Below, one piece after another: positions 37,439 through 47,761 of a DNA stretch of 64,000 nt. The stretch comes from Alphaproteobacteria bacterium (lineage in GTDB: Bacteria; Pseudomonadota; Alphaproteobacteria; UBA828). Position 1 is the first letter of the stretch. Each line of letters begins with the position of its first letter. The notes beneath the pieces were generated by a model. It ran no database searches. It was given only the letters and a program-made list of their open reading frames with translations, and had not been told where the DNA came from. The position numbers were made by a program, and so were the translations under genes. The DNA is taken from contig CBDCRW010000004.1 of NCBI GenBank assembly GCA_965221125.1, positions 864,001 to 928,000 of the forward strand, given 5' to 3'.

Positions 37439-39055
37439 TCAGCAGTCGCCCAGCCACGTCCGCGCGACGAAGCCCGTCTGCCAGTCCGACACGTGCGGGT
37501 AGTCGCGCACGCACGGGCTGAGCACGATGGGCGCCGTATCGTTGACGATGGGCATGAACCAGCCGGACGCCTCCACCTGCTCGGCGATGGCGTGATAGGC
37601 CTCGTTGGCGGCCGCCGGATCGGTCATCTGGTGGGCCGCGGTGATGGCATCGCCAACGCCCACGTCCATCATCCCGTCGGGCTGGTTGCCGGGGTTGAGG
37701 AACATGTCCAGCCAGTAGGCGGCCGTCCACCCCCAGGACATCTGGACCAGCGACCAGTTCGGATCGAAGCCCTCGAAGAACTTGGCGATGTAGGCGTTCC
37801 ACTCCATCAGCTGGATCTCGGCGTCGAAGCCCGCATCGTTGAGGTTGCGCTGGATCCACTCGGCCATCTTCGCCGGCTGCATCTGGCCGGAGCCGCTGGT
37901 GGACGTGGCGAAGACGATCTTGGTGCCGATGGCGCCGGCCTCCTCCAGCAGCGCCCGCGCCTTGGCGGGATCGTAGGCGTGCCAGCGGTCGCCCTCCTTG
38001 TAGGCCTCCGAGGTCCGGCTGAGCCAGCTCTCGCCCGGCAGTGCGGTGCCCTGGAGCAGCTGATTCGCCATCCCCTCGCGATCGATCGCGTGATGGACCG
38101 CCATGCGCACCCGCTCGTCAGCGAAGGCCTCTTCATGTTCGTTGAACGACACGGTCCAGATGTGGGGCATCGTCCCCTTGGAGATGATGAAGCCTTCCTC
38201 CACCAGCTTGGGCAGGCTGTCCGGGTCCGGCGCAATCACGATATGCGCCTCGCCGGCCCTGAGCGCCGCCTGGCGTGCCGCGACGTCGGGCATCACCAGA
38301 ATGATGAGCCGGTCGACCAGGGCGCGCCACTCCTCCTTCCAGTAGTCGTCGAAGCGCTCGAGCACCATGAAGTCGCCCGGCACGCGCTCCACGAACTTGA
38401 ACGGGCCGGTGCCGATCATGTTCGCCTGAACGCCGTCGTTCCCGTACTTCTCGACCGATTCGGGGCTGATGATCCCCATGGGCCCGCAGTCGGTCTGCGT
38501 GAACATCCGCAGGAACGGATTGAACGGGTGCGAGAGATGGAAGTTCACGGTGAGGTCATCCACCGCCTCGACGTAATCGAGGCCGGCGATGTCCCACCGC
38601 CATCCGGCCGCCGCTGCCGCAGCCTCGTAGAAGTGGGGGGCGTTCTCGCGGCCCACGGTGGTCTGATCGAACTGCCTGTAGACGTTGAACACCACGTCAT
38701 CGGCGGTGAAGTCGGTGCCGTCGTGGAACTTCACGCCCTCCTGGAGATAGAAGGTGTAGACCTTGCCGTCCTCGGACACCTCCCAGGACTTGGCCAGCCC
38801 CGGAACGAGCGGCGGCGGAATACTCGCCTCGTCGAGCATGTCCTGCTGCACCAGGGGCTCGGCAATGTGATTCATCACCCAGCGCGCGCTGCTGGTGGCG
38901 CAGGTGATGTGGGGGTCGAGTTCGCCCAGCTCGGCCTCGTTCGCGGCGATCAGCGTACCGCCCTCCCTGGGCTCCTCCGCCACGGCGATTCCCGCCAGAG
39001 CGATAGCAGATACGGCGCCGAGCGCCGTTGCGCCTAGTTTATTGAGTAACGACAT
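37439..39055 (-). CDS. Family 5 ABC substrate-binding protein (DppA-like)
   Basis: Signal peptide; PGLAKSWEVSEDG..YTF.L..GVKFHDG; GTGPFK. Confidence 0.92.
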   Translation of the reverse strand: MSLLNKLGATALGAVSAIALAGIAVAEEPREGGTLIAANEAELGELDPHITCATSSARWVMNHIAEPLVQQDMLDEASIPPPLVPGLAKSWEVSEDGKVYTFYLQEGVKFHDGTDFTADDVVFNVYRQFDQTTVGRENAPHFYEAAAAAAGWRWDIAGLDYVEAVDDLTVNFHLSHPFNPFLRMFTQTDCGPMGIISPESVEKYGNDGVQANMIGTGPFKFVERVPGDFMVLERFDDYWKEEWRALVDRLIILVMPDVAARQAALRAGEAHIVIAPDPDSLPKLVEEGFIISKGTMPHIWTVSFNEHEEAFADERVRMAVHHAIDREGMANQLLQGTALPGESWLSRTSEAYKEGDRWHAYDPAKARALLEEAGAIGTKIVFATSTSGSGQMQPAKMAEWIQRNLNDAGFDAEIQLMEWNAYIAKFFEGFDPNWSLVQMSWGWTAAYWLDMFLNPGNQPDGMMDVGVGDAITAAHQMTDPAAANEAYHAIAEQVEASGWFMPIVNDTAPIVLSPCVRDYPHVSDWQTGFVARTWLGDC

Positions 39056-39095
39056 TTTCCTTACCTCCCTTGTTTGTGGCTTGTGGCCTTGAAAG

Positions 39096-39932
39096 CTATT
39101 TTGTTTTGCCGATGGCTTTTCCTTCGCCTTCTTCGGACTGTTCCATTGTCCAAACGGATGAGGCAACCAACTCCTTCGTGTGTTCGTGTCGCGGATCCAG
39201 AATTACTTGATCGCAATCGCCGAACTCGACCAGCTTGCCGCCGTGCATGACGGCGACGCGGTCGCTCAGGTAGTAGACCACGTCAAGGTTGTGCGCGATG
39301 AACAGGTAAGTCAAGTTGAGCCTGGCCTGGAGATCCTTCAGCAGATTGATGATCTGGGCCTGGATGGTGACGTCGAGGGCCGAGACCGGCTCGTCCAGCA
39401 CGATGAATTTGGGGTGGCCCGCGAGCGCGCGGGCGATGGCGAGTCTCTGCGCCTGACCGCCGCTGAACTGATGCGGATAGCGGTTATGGTGCGATGGATT
39501 CAGCCCCACGATGTCCAGAAGTTCGATCACTCTTTCCCGCCGACGCTCCTTGTCCCATCCCAAGTTGACCAGCGGTAATTCGATGGATTTTCCCACTCGT
39601 ATCTGGGGATTCAAAGACGCCAGAGGGTCCTGAAAGATCAACTGCGTTTCCATCGTAAACTGGCGTCGAAACTTCGCGTCCGCCGAATAAATGTCCTCGC
39701 CTTCGAACACGACCTCGCCCGACGTGGGCTCGATCAGCCCCAGCATCATCATGCCGAGCGTCGTCTTGCCGGCGCCCGACTGGCCGACCAGCGCGAGGGT
39801 CTCGCCTTCGTGCACGGCGATGGACACGTCGTCGACCGCGTGGAGCAGGCCCACCTGCCGCGGGAACAGAAGCCCCTCCTTGATCGGGATGTCGCGGCAG
39901 ACGTTGCGCGTCTCGATGATGGTTCGGGACAT
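39096..39932 (-). CDS. Peptide ABC ATP-binding protein (DppF-like)
   Basis: GQSGAGKTT, FQDP, YPHQFSGGQ.QR, DEPVSALD. Confidence 0.9.
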   Translation of the reverse strand: MSRTIIETRNVCRDIPIKEGLLFPRQVGLLHAVDDVSIAVHEGETLALVGQSGAGKTTLGMMMLGLIEPTSGEVVFEGEDIYSADAKFRRQFTMETQLIFQDPLASLNPQIRVGKSIELPLVNLGWDKERRRERVIELLDIVGLNPSHHNRYPHQFSGGQAQRLAIARALAGHPKFIVLDEPVSALDVTIQAQIINLLKDLQARLNLTYLFIAHNLDVVYYLSDRVAVMHGGKLVEFGDCDQVILDPRHEHTKELVASSVWTMEQSEEGEGKAIGKTK

Positions 39933-39939
39933 CGTCGGC

Positions 39940-40986
39940 CTATCCCGGCGCCGCCGGGCGGTGCGCCGCTGTCGGCGCATCGCCCCTCAGGTGACAGCGC
40001 GCCAACCGATCTGGCGCGACGGGCAGGAGTTCCGGCTCGACTCCGTCGCAATGGGGCACCCGCTCGGCGCAGCGGGGCGCGAAGCGGCAGCCCGGCGGCA
40101 TCGCGGCGGGGTCCGGGGGCTGGCCGTCAAGCTGCTGCAGGCGCCGCGAGCGCCGACCCACCTTCGGCACGGAGTTCATGAGGCCGAGGGTGTAGGGATG
40201 CTGCGGCGCGGAGAGAACGTCGCCGACCGTTCCCTCCTCGACGATCCTGCCCGCGTACATGACGCCCACGCGGTCGGCCATCCGCTCCACCACGCCGATG
40301 TCGTGGGTAATCAGGATGACCGCCATGTCCAGCTCCTCGGTGACCTCGGTCAGGAGGTCGAGAAGGTCGGATTGCACCTTGGCGTCGAGCGCGCTGGTCG
40401 GCTCGTCGGCGATCAGCAGCTTGGGCCGGCAGAGCAGCGCCATCGCGATCATCACGCGCTGGCACTCGCCGCCGCTCAACTGATGCGGGTACGACTTCGC
40501 GATCCGATCGATCTGGGAGACGTGGGCGGCGGCCAGATGCTCCCGTGCCGTCTCGTGCGCTTCGCGTCGGCCGAGCCCCATCTGCACGGCCGCGGTCTCC
40601 GCCACCTGGTCGCCGATCCGGAAATAGGGGTCGAGGGCCGCCCGCGGGTGCTGGAAGACCATGGTCACCTCGGGCCCGCGCACCCGTTCCATGGCCTTGT
40701 CGTCGAGATCGAGCAGGTTGACGCCGTTCAGCGTGACCTCGCCCGCGACGATCCGCCCCGGTGACGGGACCAGCCGGAGGATGGAGAGGCCGGTGGCGGA
40801 CTTGCCGGAGCCGGACTCGCCCACCAGGCAAACGGTCTGCCCGCGCGCGACATCGAGGTCGATGCCGTCGACCGCCCTCACCGTGTGCGACGAGAGCTCG
40901 AAATGGGTCGTGAGCCCGCGCACGCGCAGTACCGGCTGGGCGGCGGTGGCGCCCTTCGCCCTATCGCTTTCTGCGGACGTGCTCAT
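39940..40986 (-). CDS. Peptide ABC ATP-binding protein (DppD-like)
   Basis: GESGSGKS, YPHQLSGG, DEPTSALD, HPYT, GCRF.PRC. Confidence 0.92.
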   Translation of the reverse strand: MSTSAESDRAKGATAAQPVLRVRGLTTHFELSSHTVRAVDGIDLDVARGQTVCLVGESGSGKSATGLSILRLVPSPGRIVAGEVTLNGVNLLDLDDKAMERVRGPEVTMVFQHPRAALDPYFRIGDQVAETAAVQMGLGRREAHETAREHLAAAHVSQIDRIAKSYPHQLSGGECQRVMIAMALLCRPKLLIADEPTSALDAKVQSDLLDLLTEVTEELDMAVILITHDIGVVERMADRVGVMYAGRIVEEGTVGDVLSAPQHPYTLGLMNSVPKVGRRSRRLQQLDGQPPDPAAMPPGCRFAPRCAERVPHCDGVEPELLPVAPDRLARCHLRGDAPTAAHRPAAPG

Positions 40987-41097
40987 GACTCATGCACGGA
41001 GGATCGTCCTTGTGTCGTCTCGGACGGCCCACCACGATACGATGACGATACCGGGAAGAGCGATGGAAATAATCCGGGGCTCCAGGGAGTGCGCCAA

Positions 41098-42396
41098 TTG
41101 AGCCGCGCGGATACGAGCTCGCTTTCAGCCGAAGACCTTGACGCGCTGCGGCAGGAGCGCTGGCGCGCCCAGCGGGCCTACGTGATGCAACGCTCGCCCT
41201 TCTTCGCCCGGCTCTGGGCGGGCCAGCCGGTGCCGGAGCGGCTGGAGGATCTCCCCGCGCTCCCCTTCTGCGACAAGGGGATGCTGCGCGAGTCCCAGGC
41301 CGCGCACCCGCCCTTCGGCGACTACCTCGCGGCCACGCGCGAGTTCGTCATCCGCCTCCATCGCACCTCCGGCACCACCGGCCAGGCCATGAACATCGCC
41401 CAGACGCGCGCCGACGCGACGCAGACGGCGGAGGTCGGCGCACGCAGCTTCCAGGCCGCGGGGCTCACCACCGGCAAGCTCACGGTCCACTGCCTCAACT
41501 ACCAGATGTGGATGGGTGGCGTGAGCGACCACCTCGCCCTCGAGGCGGCAGGCGCCACCGTGATCCCCTTCGGCGTGGGCGACAGCGAGCTGCTGGTGCG
41601 CACGATCCTCGACCTCAAGGTCAGCGTGATTCACTGTACGCCCTCCTATCCCGCCGCCCTTGAGCGAACCATCGCGGAACATTTTTCCGGCCTCGCGCCG
41701 CGCGACCTCGGGCTCCAGCTCGCCCTCTTCGGCGGCGAGGCCGGGCTGGACAATCCGAGCTTTCGCGAACGCCTGGAGTCGACCTGGGGTTTCACCGCGC
41801 GCAACGCCAACTACGGCGTCTCCGACGTGTTCAGCAACTTCGCGAGCCAGTGCTGGGCCGACAACGACCTGCACTTCCTGGGTCACGACGTGCTTTATGC
41901 GGAGCTGATCGAGCCGGAGAGCGGCGATCCGGTGCCCTGGCGCGAGGGCGAGAGCGGCGAGCTGGTGCTGACCCATCTGGCCAGAGAGGCGCAGCCGCTG
42001 GTGCGCTTCCGCACCAACGACGTGATCGCGATCACCGGCGAGGGCCCGTGCGCCTGCGGGCGCGAGGCGACGCGCTTCCGGGTTCTCGGGCGCAGCGACG
42101 ACATGGTGGTGGTGCGGGGCATCAACGTGTTCCCCACCGCCGTCGGCGGCGTGATCGGCGGGTTCGAGGCGCTGTCCGGCGAGTTCTGCGTCCGCCTCAA
42201 GGGTGCCGGCCCCTACGACCGCCTGCCGGTGGAGGTGGAGCTTGTGGAGGGCGCCGAGGCCTCGGATGCCCTCGCCCGGCGCGTAGAGGAGACGATCAAG
42301 TCGAAGCTGCGGGCTTCGGCCGCCGTGACGCTGCTGCCTGCCGCCTCGATGCCGCGCACGGGAGGCAAGACCAAGCGCCTGATCCGAGAGGACTGA
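41098..42396 (+). CDS. Phenylacetate-CoA ligase (PaaK)-like protein
   Basis: TSGTTG, HCTPSY, GGE, PLVRFRTND, GRSDDM.VVRGINVFP; start (TTG 41098 or GTG 41089) uncertain. Confidence 0.85.
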   Translation: MSRADTSSLSAEDLDALRQERWRAQRAYVMQRSPFFARLWAGQPVPERLEDLPALPFCDKGMLRESQAAHPPFGDYLAATREFVIRLHRTSGTTGQAMNIAQTRADATQTAEVGARSFQAAGLTTGKLTVHCLNYQMWMGGVSDHLALEAAGATVIPFGVGDSELLVRTILDLKVSVIHCTPSYPAALERTIAEHFSGLAPRDLGLQLALFGGEAGLDNPSFRERLESTWGFTARNANYGVSDVFSNFASQCWADNDLHFLGHDVLYAELIEPESGDPVPWREGESGELVLTHLAREAQPLVRFRTNDVIAITGEGPCACGREATRFRVLGRSDDMVVVRGINVFPTAVGGVIGGFEALSGEFCVRLKGAGPYDRLPVEVELVEGAEASDALARRVEETIKSKLRASAAVTLLPAASMPRTGGKTKRLIRED

Positions 42397-42398
42397 CG

Positions 42399-43157
42399 AT
42401 GACAGGGACCGTTCTCAGAGGAACCACGGACGGCGTCGCGACGCTCACTCTCAACCGGCCGGAGCGGCTCAACGCGCTGAACGCCGCGCTGCTCGCCGAT
42501 CTCTGCGCGGCGCTCGACGAGGCGCTGGCCGACGATGCGGTCGGCGCGCTGGTCCTGCGCGGGGCGGGGCGGGCCTTCTGCTCCGGCGACGACCTCAAGG
42601 ACATCGAGAACCAGACCGCCGGCGAGGCGGAGACGCGGGCCTTCATCGAGGCGATCCAGGACGTGACCCGCCGCCTCGTGCTGGGCGACAAGGTGGTGGT
42701 CGGCGCGATCCACGGCTGGGCTGTGGGCGGCGGGCTGGAATGGGCGATCAACTGCGACCTCGCGGTCTTCGCTGAGAGCGCCAAGTGCTTCTTCCCCGAG
42801 ATCAAGTGGGGCATGTTCCCGACCGGCGGCGTCACCGCGATCCTGCCCCGCATAGTGGGGCTGGCGAAGACCCGCGAGCTGATGCTGCTCGGCGAGACCT
42901 TCAGCGCGGCGGAGGCCCGCGAGATGGGCCTCGCCTGGCGCGTGGTGCCGGACGACGTCGTGTTCGAGACCGCGCACGAGACGGCGGCCCGCATCGCCGC
43001 GCTCCCGCAAGGCGCCGTGAGCGAGCTGAAGCGGGTGCTCAACCGGGCGGGATCGTTGGACGTGGAAGGCGCGCTCGCGCTCGAGACCGAGGCGACCGTG
43101 CGCCGCTTCCTCGACCCCGAGACGGCCGAGCGGGTCAAGGGCTTCGGCAGCGATTAG
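42399..43157 (+). CDS. Enoyl-CoA hydratase/isomerase family protein
   Basis: LTLNRPERLNAL, AFCSGDDL, HGWAVGGGLE, FPE. Confidence 0.9.
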   Translation: MTGTVLRGTTDGVATLTLNRPERLNALNAALLADLCAALDEALADDAVGALVLRGAGRAFCSGDDLKDIENQTAGEAETRAFIEAIQDVTRRLVLGDKVVVGAIHGWAVGGGLEWAINCDLAVFAESAKCFFPEIKWGMFPTGGVTAILPRIVGLAKTRELMLLGETFSAAEAREMGLAWRVVPDDVVFETAHETAARIAALPQGAVSELKRVLNRAGSLDVEGALALETEATVRRFLDPETAERVKGFGSD

Positions 43158-43179
43158 CGGAAGCGCGGGACGTGGCGCA

Positions 43180-44088
43180 ATGTTGACCCAAGATATCCTT
43201 GCCGAGAGGCCCAGGGTGCTGACCCAGGAGCAGCGAGCGTTCTACTTCGAACACGGCTACCTGCTGCTCGAACGCTTCATCGGGCCGACATGGCTGGATC
43301 GGCTCCGCGCCGTGACGGAATCCTTCATCGAGGCGAGCCGCAGCGCGAGCCCGGAGGACGGCGCCTTCGATCTCGCGCCCGGTCACACGCCGGAGCAGCC
43401 GCGCCTCCGCCGCGTCAACACGCCCGACCAGCGGCACGACGCCTATTGGGAATTCGCGACGGGACCCGTGGCCGATGTCGCCGCCGACCTGGTCGGGAGC
43501 AACGTCGCGTTTCACCACTCGAAGCTCAACTTCAAGTGGAACGACGGGGCCGACGGGGTCACGTGGCACCAGGACATCCCATTCTATCCCCACAGCAACT
43601 ACAGCCCGCTCACCATCGGCCTCTACCTGGCCGACGCCGGGATCGCGCATGGCCCGGTGGCCGTGATCGACGGCAGCCACGAGGGCCCACTCTACGACCA
43701 CTACGACGCAAAGGGCCATTGGGCGGGGTGCCTGTCTGAAGCCGATGTCGCGTCCCTCGACATGACCAGGGCCAGGTATCTGACCGCACCGGCGGGCTCG
43801 CTCACGGTGCACAACTGCCGCACGATCCACGGCTCGCCGCCGAGCGAGAGCGACGACGGCCGCCCCCTGCTCCTCAACGCCTACGCGGCGGCGGATGCAA
43901 GGCCTTACGCCGAACTCGATCCGCCGGCGCAGTCGGTTCACGGTGGCGAGATCGTGCGCGGCGCGGCGGTTGCCGAGCCCCACGTCGACCCCCGCCCCTG
44001 CCCCATGCCGCCCCGCTGGGATGGCCAGAACACCTCGATCTACGCCAACCAGCGCGGCGAGCACAGCATGATGCGGCCCGATGAGTGA
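43180..44088 (+). CDS. Phytanoyl-CoA dioxygenase (PhyH) family protein
   Basis: FYFEHGY, HSKLNFK, WHQD, GSH, TIHGS.P..S...R. Confidence 0.9.
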   Translation: MLTQDILAERPRVLTQEQRAFYFEHGYLLLERFIGPTWLDRLRAVTESFIEASRSASPEDGAFDLAPGHTPEQPRLRRVNTPDQRHDAYWEFATGPVADVAADLVGSNVAFHHSKLNFKWNDGADGVTWHQDIPFYPHSNYSPLTIGLYLADAGIAHGPVAVIDGSHEGPLYDHYDAKGHWAGCLSEADVASLDMTRARYLTAPAGSLTVHNCRTIHGSPPSESDDGRPLLLNAYAAADARPYAELDPPAQSVHGGEIVRGAAVAEPHVDPRPCPMPPRWDGQNTSIYANQRGEHSMMRPDE

Positions 44089-45487
44089 GGACCTCCATTA
44101 CACCACTGCGCTGGAGCTGGTCCGGCTCTACGAATCGAAGCAAGTCTCCCCGGTTGACGTCGCGGGCGCGATCCTCGACCGGATCGAGCGCCTCGACCCG
44201 ATCCTCAACTGCTACTGCTACGTCAATCGCGACGACGTGCTGGCGGCGGCCGGGCGATCCGAGGCCCGCTGGCGCGCGGGCGAGCCGCTGGGTCCGCTCG
44301 ACGGCGTGCCCGTCTCCATCAAGGACCTGCTGCTCACCAAGGGGTGGCCGACGCGCTGCGGCTCCCGCCTGATCGGCGCGGAAGGCCCCTGGGACGAGGA
44401 CGATCCGGCGGTAGCCCGGCTGCGCGAGGCTGGAGCCGTGCTGCTCGGCAAGGTGACGACGCCGGAGTTCGGCAACTCCGGCATCACCGACAGCCCGCTC
44501 ACGGGCGTCACCGTCAACCCGTGGGACACCAGCCGCACCACGGGCGGCAGCAGCGGCGGCAGCGTGGCGGCGGTCGCGGCCGACCTCGGCCCGCTCAGCA
44601 TCGGCACCGACACGGGCGGCTCGATCCGCACGCCGTCGAGCTTCTGCGGCCTGGTCGGCCTGAAGCCCACCTTCGGCCGCGTCGCCCAGTATCCCGAGAC
44701 CGACTGGGGCGGCATCTCGGTCTCGGGCCCGATCGCGCGCACCGCGAGCGATGCCGCGCTGCTCATGACCGTGATCGCGCAGCCCGACCCACGCGACGGC
44801 AAGTCGCTGCCCCACGACGGGCGGGACTACGTGGCCGAGAGCGCCGGCGGGATCGAAGGCTGGCGGGTCGCCTTCAGCCCCGATCTCGGCTTCATGCCCG
44901 TGGACACGGAGATAGCCGCCATCGTCCGCGACGCGGTCCAGCGCTTCGAGGCGCTCGGCGCCCACGTCGAAGAGGTCCCGCCGCCCTTCGACGATCCCAT
45001 TCACATCTTCAACACCATCTGGTCGCCGATCATCGCGACCGGCCTCAGGGCCAGGTTCTCCGAGGATCAGCTCATGGACCTGGGAGACGAGACCCGCGAA
45101 GCGCTGGAAGAAGTGAAGGACATGGACCTCGCGAGCTTCGTCGAGGCCGAGCGGCAGCGCGACCTCCTCGCCCACCGCATGCGCGTGTTTCACGAGACAT
45201 ACGACCTGCTTCTCACGCCGACGGCGATCGTCTCACCCTTCGGGATCGAGCATGCGTTCCCGCCCGCGTGGGATCGCGAACGCGCCTGGGTCTGGGAGCT
45301 GCCGACCTTCCCCTTCAACTTCTCCCGGCAGCCGGCAGCAACCGTGCCGTGCGGCTTCACCGACGCGGAGTTGCCGGTCGGGCTGCAGATCGTCGGCCCC
45401 ATCTACGAGGACGCGCGCACGCTCCGTGCGGCACGGGCCTATCAGGAGGCCTATCCAACGACGGACCGCCGGCCGCCGCTCGATTGA
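44081..45487 (+). CDS. Amidase (amidase-signature family)
   Basis: GPLDGVPVSIKD, GGSSGGS, GTDTGGSIRTPSS, GLKPT. Confidence 0.93.
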   Translation: MSEDLHYTTALELVRLYESKQVSPVDVAGAILDRIERLDPILNCYCYVNRDDVLAAAGRSEARWRAGEPLGPLDGVPVSIKDLLLTKGWPTRCGSRLIGAEGPWDEDDPAVARLREAGAVLLGKVTTPEFGNSGITDSPLTGVTVNPWDTSRTTGGSSGGSVAAVAADLGPLSIGTDTGGSIRTPSSFCGLVGLKPTFGRVAQYPETDWGGISVSGPIARTASDAALLMTVIAQPDPRDGKSLPHDGRDYVAESAGGIEGWRVAFSPDLGFMPVDTEIAAIVRDAVQRFEALGAHVEEVPPPFDDPIHIFNTIWSPIIATGLRARFSEDQLMDLGDETREALEEVKDMDLASFVEAERQRDLLAHRMRVFHETYDLLLTPTAIVSPFGIEHAFPPAWDRERAWVWELPTFPFNFSRQPAATVPCGFTDAELPVGLQIVGPIYEDARTLRAARAYQEAYPTTDRRPPLD

Positions 45488-45904
45488 TCCAATCTCGGGG
45501 AGGACTCCGTCGTCGACCGAACGCCCTGGCGAAAGCAGTCCGCCGGCCGGTTTCAGGCGGCGGATTTGACCGCGAGCGCGGGAGCGTCAGCCGGCCAGTG
45601 CGGCACCGGAGCCCGGTTCCAGCCTCCGGCGCCGCTGCCTTTCCGTCGATCGTCGCGTTCCGGCGTGGCCGGAATTGGAGGGAACCGTACCGGGGACACC
45701 ACCGTTACAGTCCATGGACGCTTGCCGTCCGCGTATCGATCGAGTTTCGCATCACGGCGCCGAATTAAATGCCAATCGTGCATGTCGGCTATCTGCTCTC
45801 CCCCATAGGTTGCTCCCTGCTTCGAGTAACAACAAGCCATCGCCAACAGCGCGAGAGTTTGCTGCCCGACAGCAACGGAATTCGCGTCGGAAGGAATAAA
45901 GAAT

Positions 45905-46897
45905 ATGCCTGTCACATTGCGTCAGCTGCGCTACTTCAAGGCACTGGTCGAACAGGGGTCCTTTACGCGCGCCGCCCGGAAGACTTGCGTTTCGCAGCCC
46001 GCACTCTCCGTTCAGATCCGCGAGCTCGAGGCCACCCTGGGCGGACCGATCGTGGAGCGGGAGAGCCGGGGTGTCGTCCTTACCCGTCTCGGACGGGATG
46101 CCATCGAACAAACGCTCCGAATCCTCGACGAGACCTCGTTGCTGGAGTCGCTGGGCAAGCGGCGCGACGGCGGCGCGGCACGGATCCCGCTCGGCATCCT
46201 GTCTACGCTGGCGCCCTATCTTCTGCCGGGGATCGTCGAACGCCTCCAGGTGTCTTCGCCGTCTCTCGAGCTCAACGTCGTGGAGAATTCCGGAGACGCT
46301 CTCGTTTCGGAACTGCTCGCCAACCGCCTCGACGCGGCGATCGTTTCCCTGCCCATGGGCACGCCGGAGATCCACGAGCGGGAGCTGTTCGAGGATTGCC
46401 TCCTGCTCGCCGGGCGTGGCGAGCGGCTGGAAGCGGTTCGGAGCATCCTCGGCGACGAGATATCGCCTGCGGATCTGGGACGGGCGGATGTCGGATCGCT
46501 GCTGACGCTGGGCCACGACGATTGCCTTGCCGCCCAGATCAGGAGCACCTGCCTGGATTGGGGCATACGACCGGTGCGACGGGGAGCCGGGTCGCTCTCG
46601 ACATTGTCGCGCCTGATAGCGGGCGGCGCGGGGCTGAGCCTCCTGCCGGAGACCGCCGCGGTCTCGGAGGGCGCGGCCTGCCCCGACCTGCGTTTCATGC
46701 GCTTCGCTGCGTCCGAGCCGTCGCGGCGCATCGGTCTCGCGCACCGGGCGGATGCCGGGGACGATCGATGGATCGATGCTCTGGCGGCGGCGGCAAGCGA
46801 GGCCGGGCGCGCGCTGGTATCGGAGGCGGCAGCCGGAATTCGCGTTGGAAGCGCGCAACCGCTCTCGCTGACGGATCGTCTCGAGTCTGCCGCATGA
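45905..46897 (+). CDS. LysR-family regulator, OxyR-like
   Basis: TLRQLRYF..CVSQPALS.QI.ELE; HDDCLAAQIRSTC resembles the OxyR HCLRDQ..C two-Cys motif; SLSTL. Confidence 0.8.
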   Translation: MPVTLRQLRYFKALVEQGSFTRAARKTCVSQPALSVQIRELEATLGGPIVERESRGVVLTRLGRDAIEQTLRILDETSLLESLGKRRDGGAARIPLGILSTLAPYLLPGIVERLQVSSPSLELNVVENSGDALVSELLANRLDAAIVSLPMGTPEIHERELFEDCLLLAGRGERLEAVRSILGDEISPADLGRADVGSLLTLGHDDCLAAQIRSTCLDWGIRPVRRGAGSLSTLSRLIAGGAGLSLLPETAAVSEGAACPDLRFMRFAASEPSRRIGLAHRADAGDDRWIDALAAAASEAGRALVSEAAAGIRVGSAQPLSLTDRLESAA

Positions 46898-47277
46898 GCC
46901 TCCTGGCGCCGGCCGGGTAACGTCAGAGAAGCACGCCCACGTCCGCTGTCGCCGGGCCGCAGCGCCGAAGGGTGCCGCCGGACAGGGAGCCGCACGTCCA
47001 CCCATTGGCGCGAGCGCAAGGGCTCGTCTGACGAGGCCACCCGCCTGGAGGAGGAGCATGCCTGCCCCGGTCGATTTCGAATTCCGAAGCCGCTCCCCCC
47101 AGGCCGCCCAATGCATAGTGGCCAAGCGTCTGGTCGGACCAATTATTCACAATGGTTTTATCATAGGTAACTATATGCATACATTGGTTACCCAATCGGT
47201 ATAGTGACGGTCGAACAAATGATCCGCGCTCAGAGAAACGGGCCGCAACAACCCCGTCCGGGCCATCGAAGCCCGGC

Positions 47278-47334
47278 TGTCAATCGGCATTGAAGATTGC
47301 CCCTCTATTGGTCAATCTTCAATGCCGATTGACA
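47278..47334. repeat. 57-bp perfect hairpin resembling joined IS21-family ends
   Basis: TGTCAATCGGCATTGAAGATTG - 13-nt loop - CAATCTTCAATGCCGATTGACA. Confidence 0.65.
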
Positions 47335-47384
47335 GACGGCACCGCGAGTCCTGGGCCTCACTCGGGTACTGGGTTGCTTTGAAA

Positions 47385-47552
47385 GATAGAACCGAGCTAT
47401 CTTGACTGCTTCGTGGCGAATTCCGCGAGCATTCGCTGGAGCGCCTGTTGCGCTTCCTGATGGCGCTCGGCTGCGATGTCGACATCGTCATCCGACTGAC
47501 GAGTTCTGCGACCGGTGGCAAGCTGCGCATCGCTGCATCGGAAGAAAACTGA
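47385..47552 (+). pseudogene. XRE/HTH (HigA-like antitoxin) remnant
   Basis: DRTELS*LLRGEFREHSLERLLRFLMALGCDVDIVIR: internal TGA, no start codon. Confidence 0.6.
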
Positions 47553-47761
47553 CCATGCGGTCGCCCGCCAGAGCTTCTCAATGGTCAGCTTCAGGAATCC
47601 GCCGCAGGTAGCGATCTTGAACATCCCCGTGCTCAAGCCGACAGCCTCAGCAGGCTGAAGGCAATCCGAAGCAGCATCCTGCGGCCTAAGAAGTTCTGCA
47701 CGTCCGTCCAATTCGGGTGGCGTATCGCCAACGACATCGAGTATGGTCTCCACGCTGCGTA

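Noticed and set aside
47058-47204. 48-aa ORF after a strong GGAGGAGG SD
   Set aside because: Runs into an AT-rich promoter-like tract and shows no homology I can recognise.
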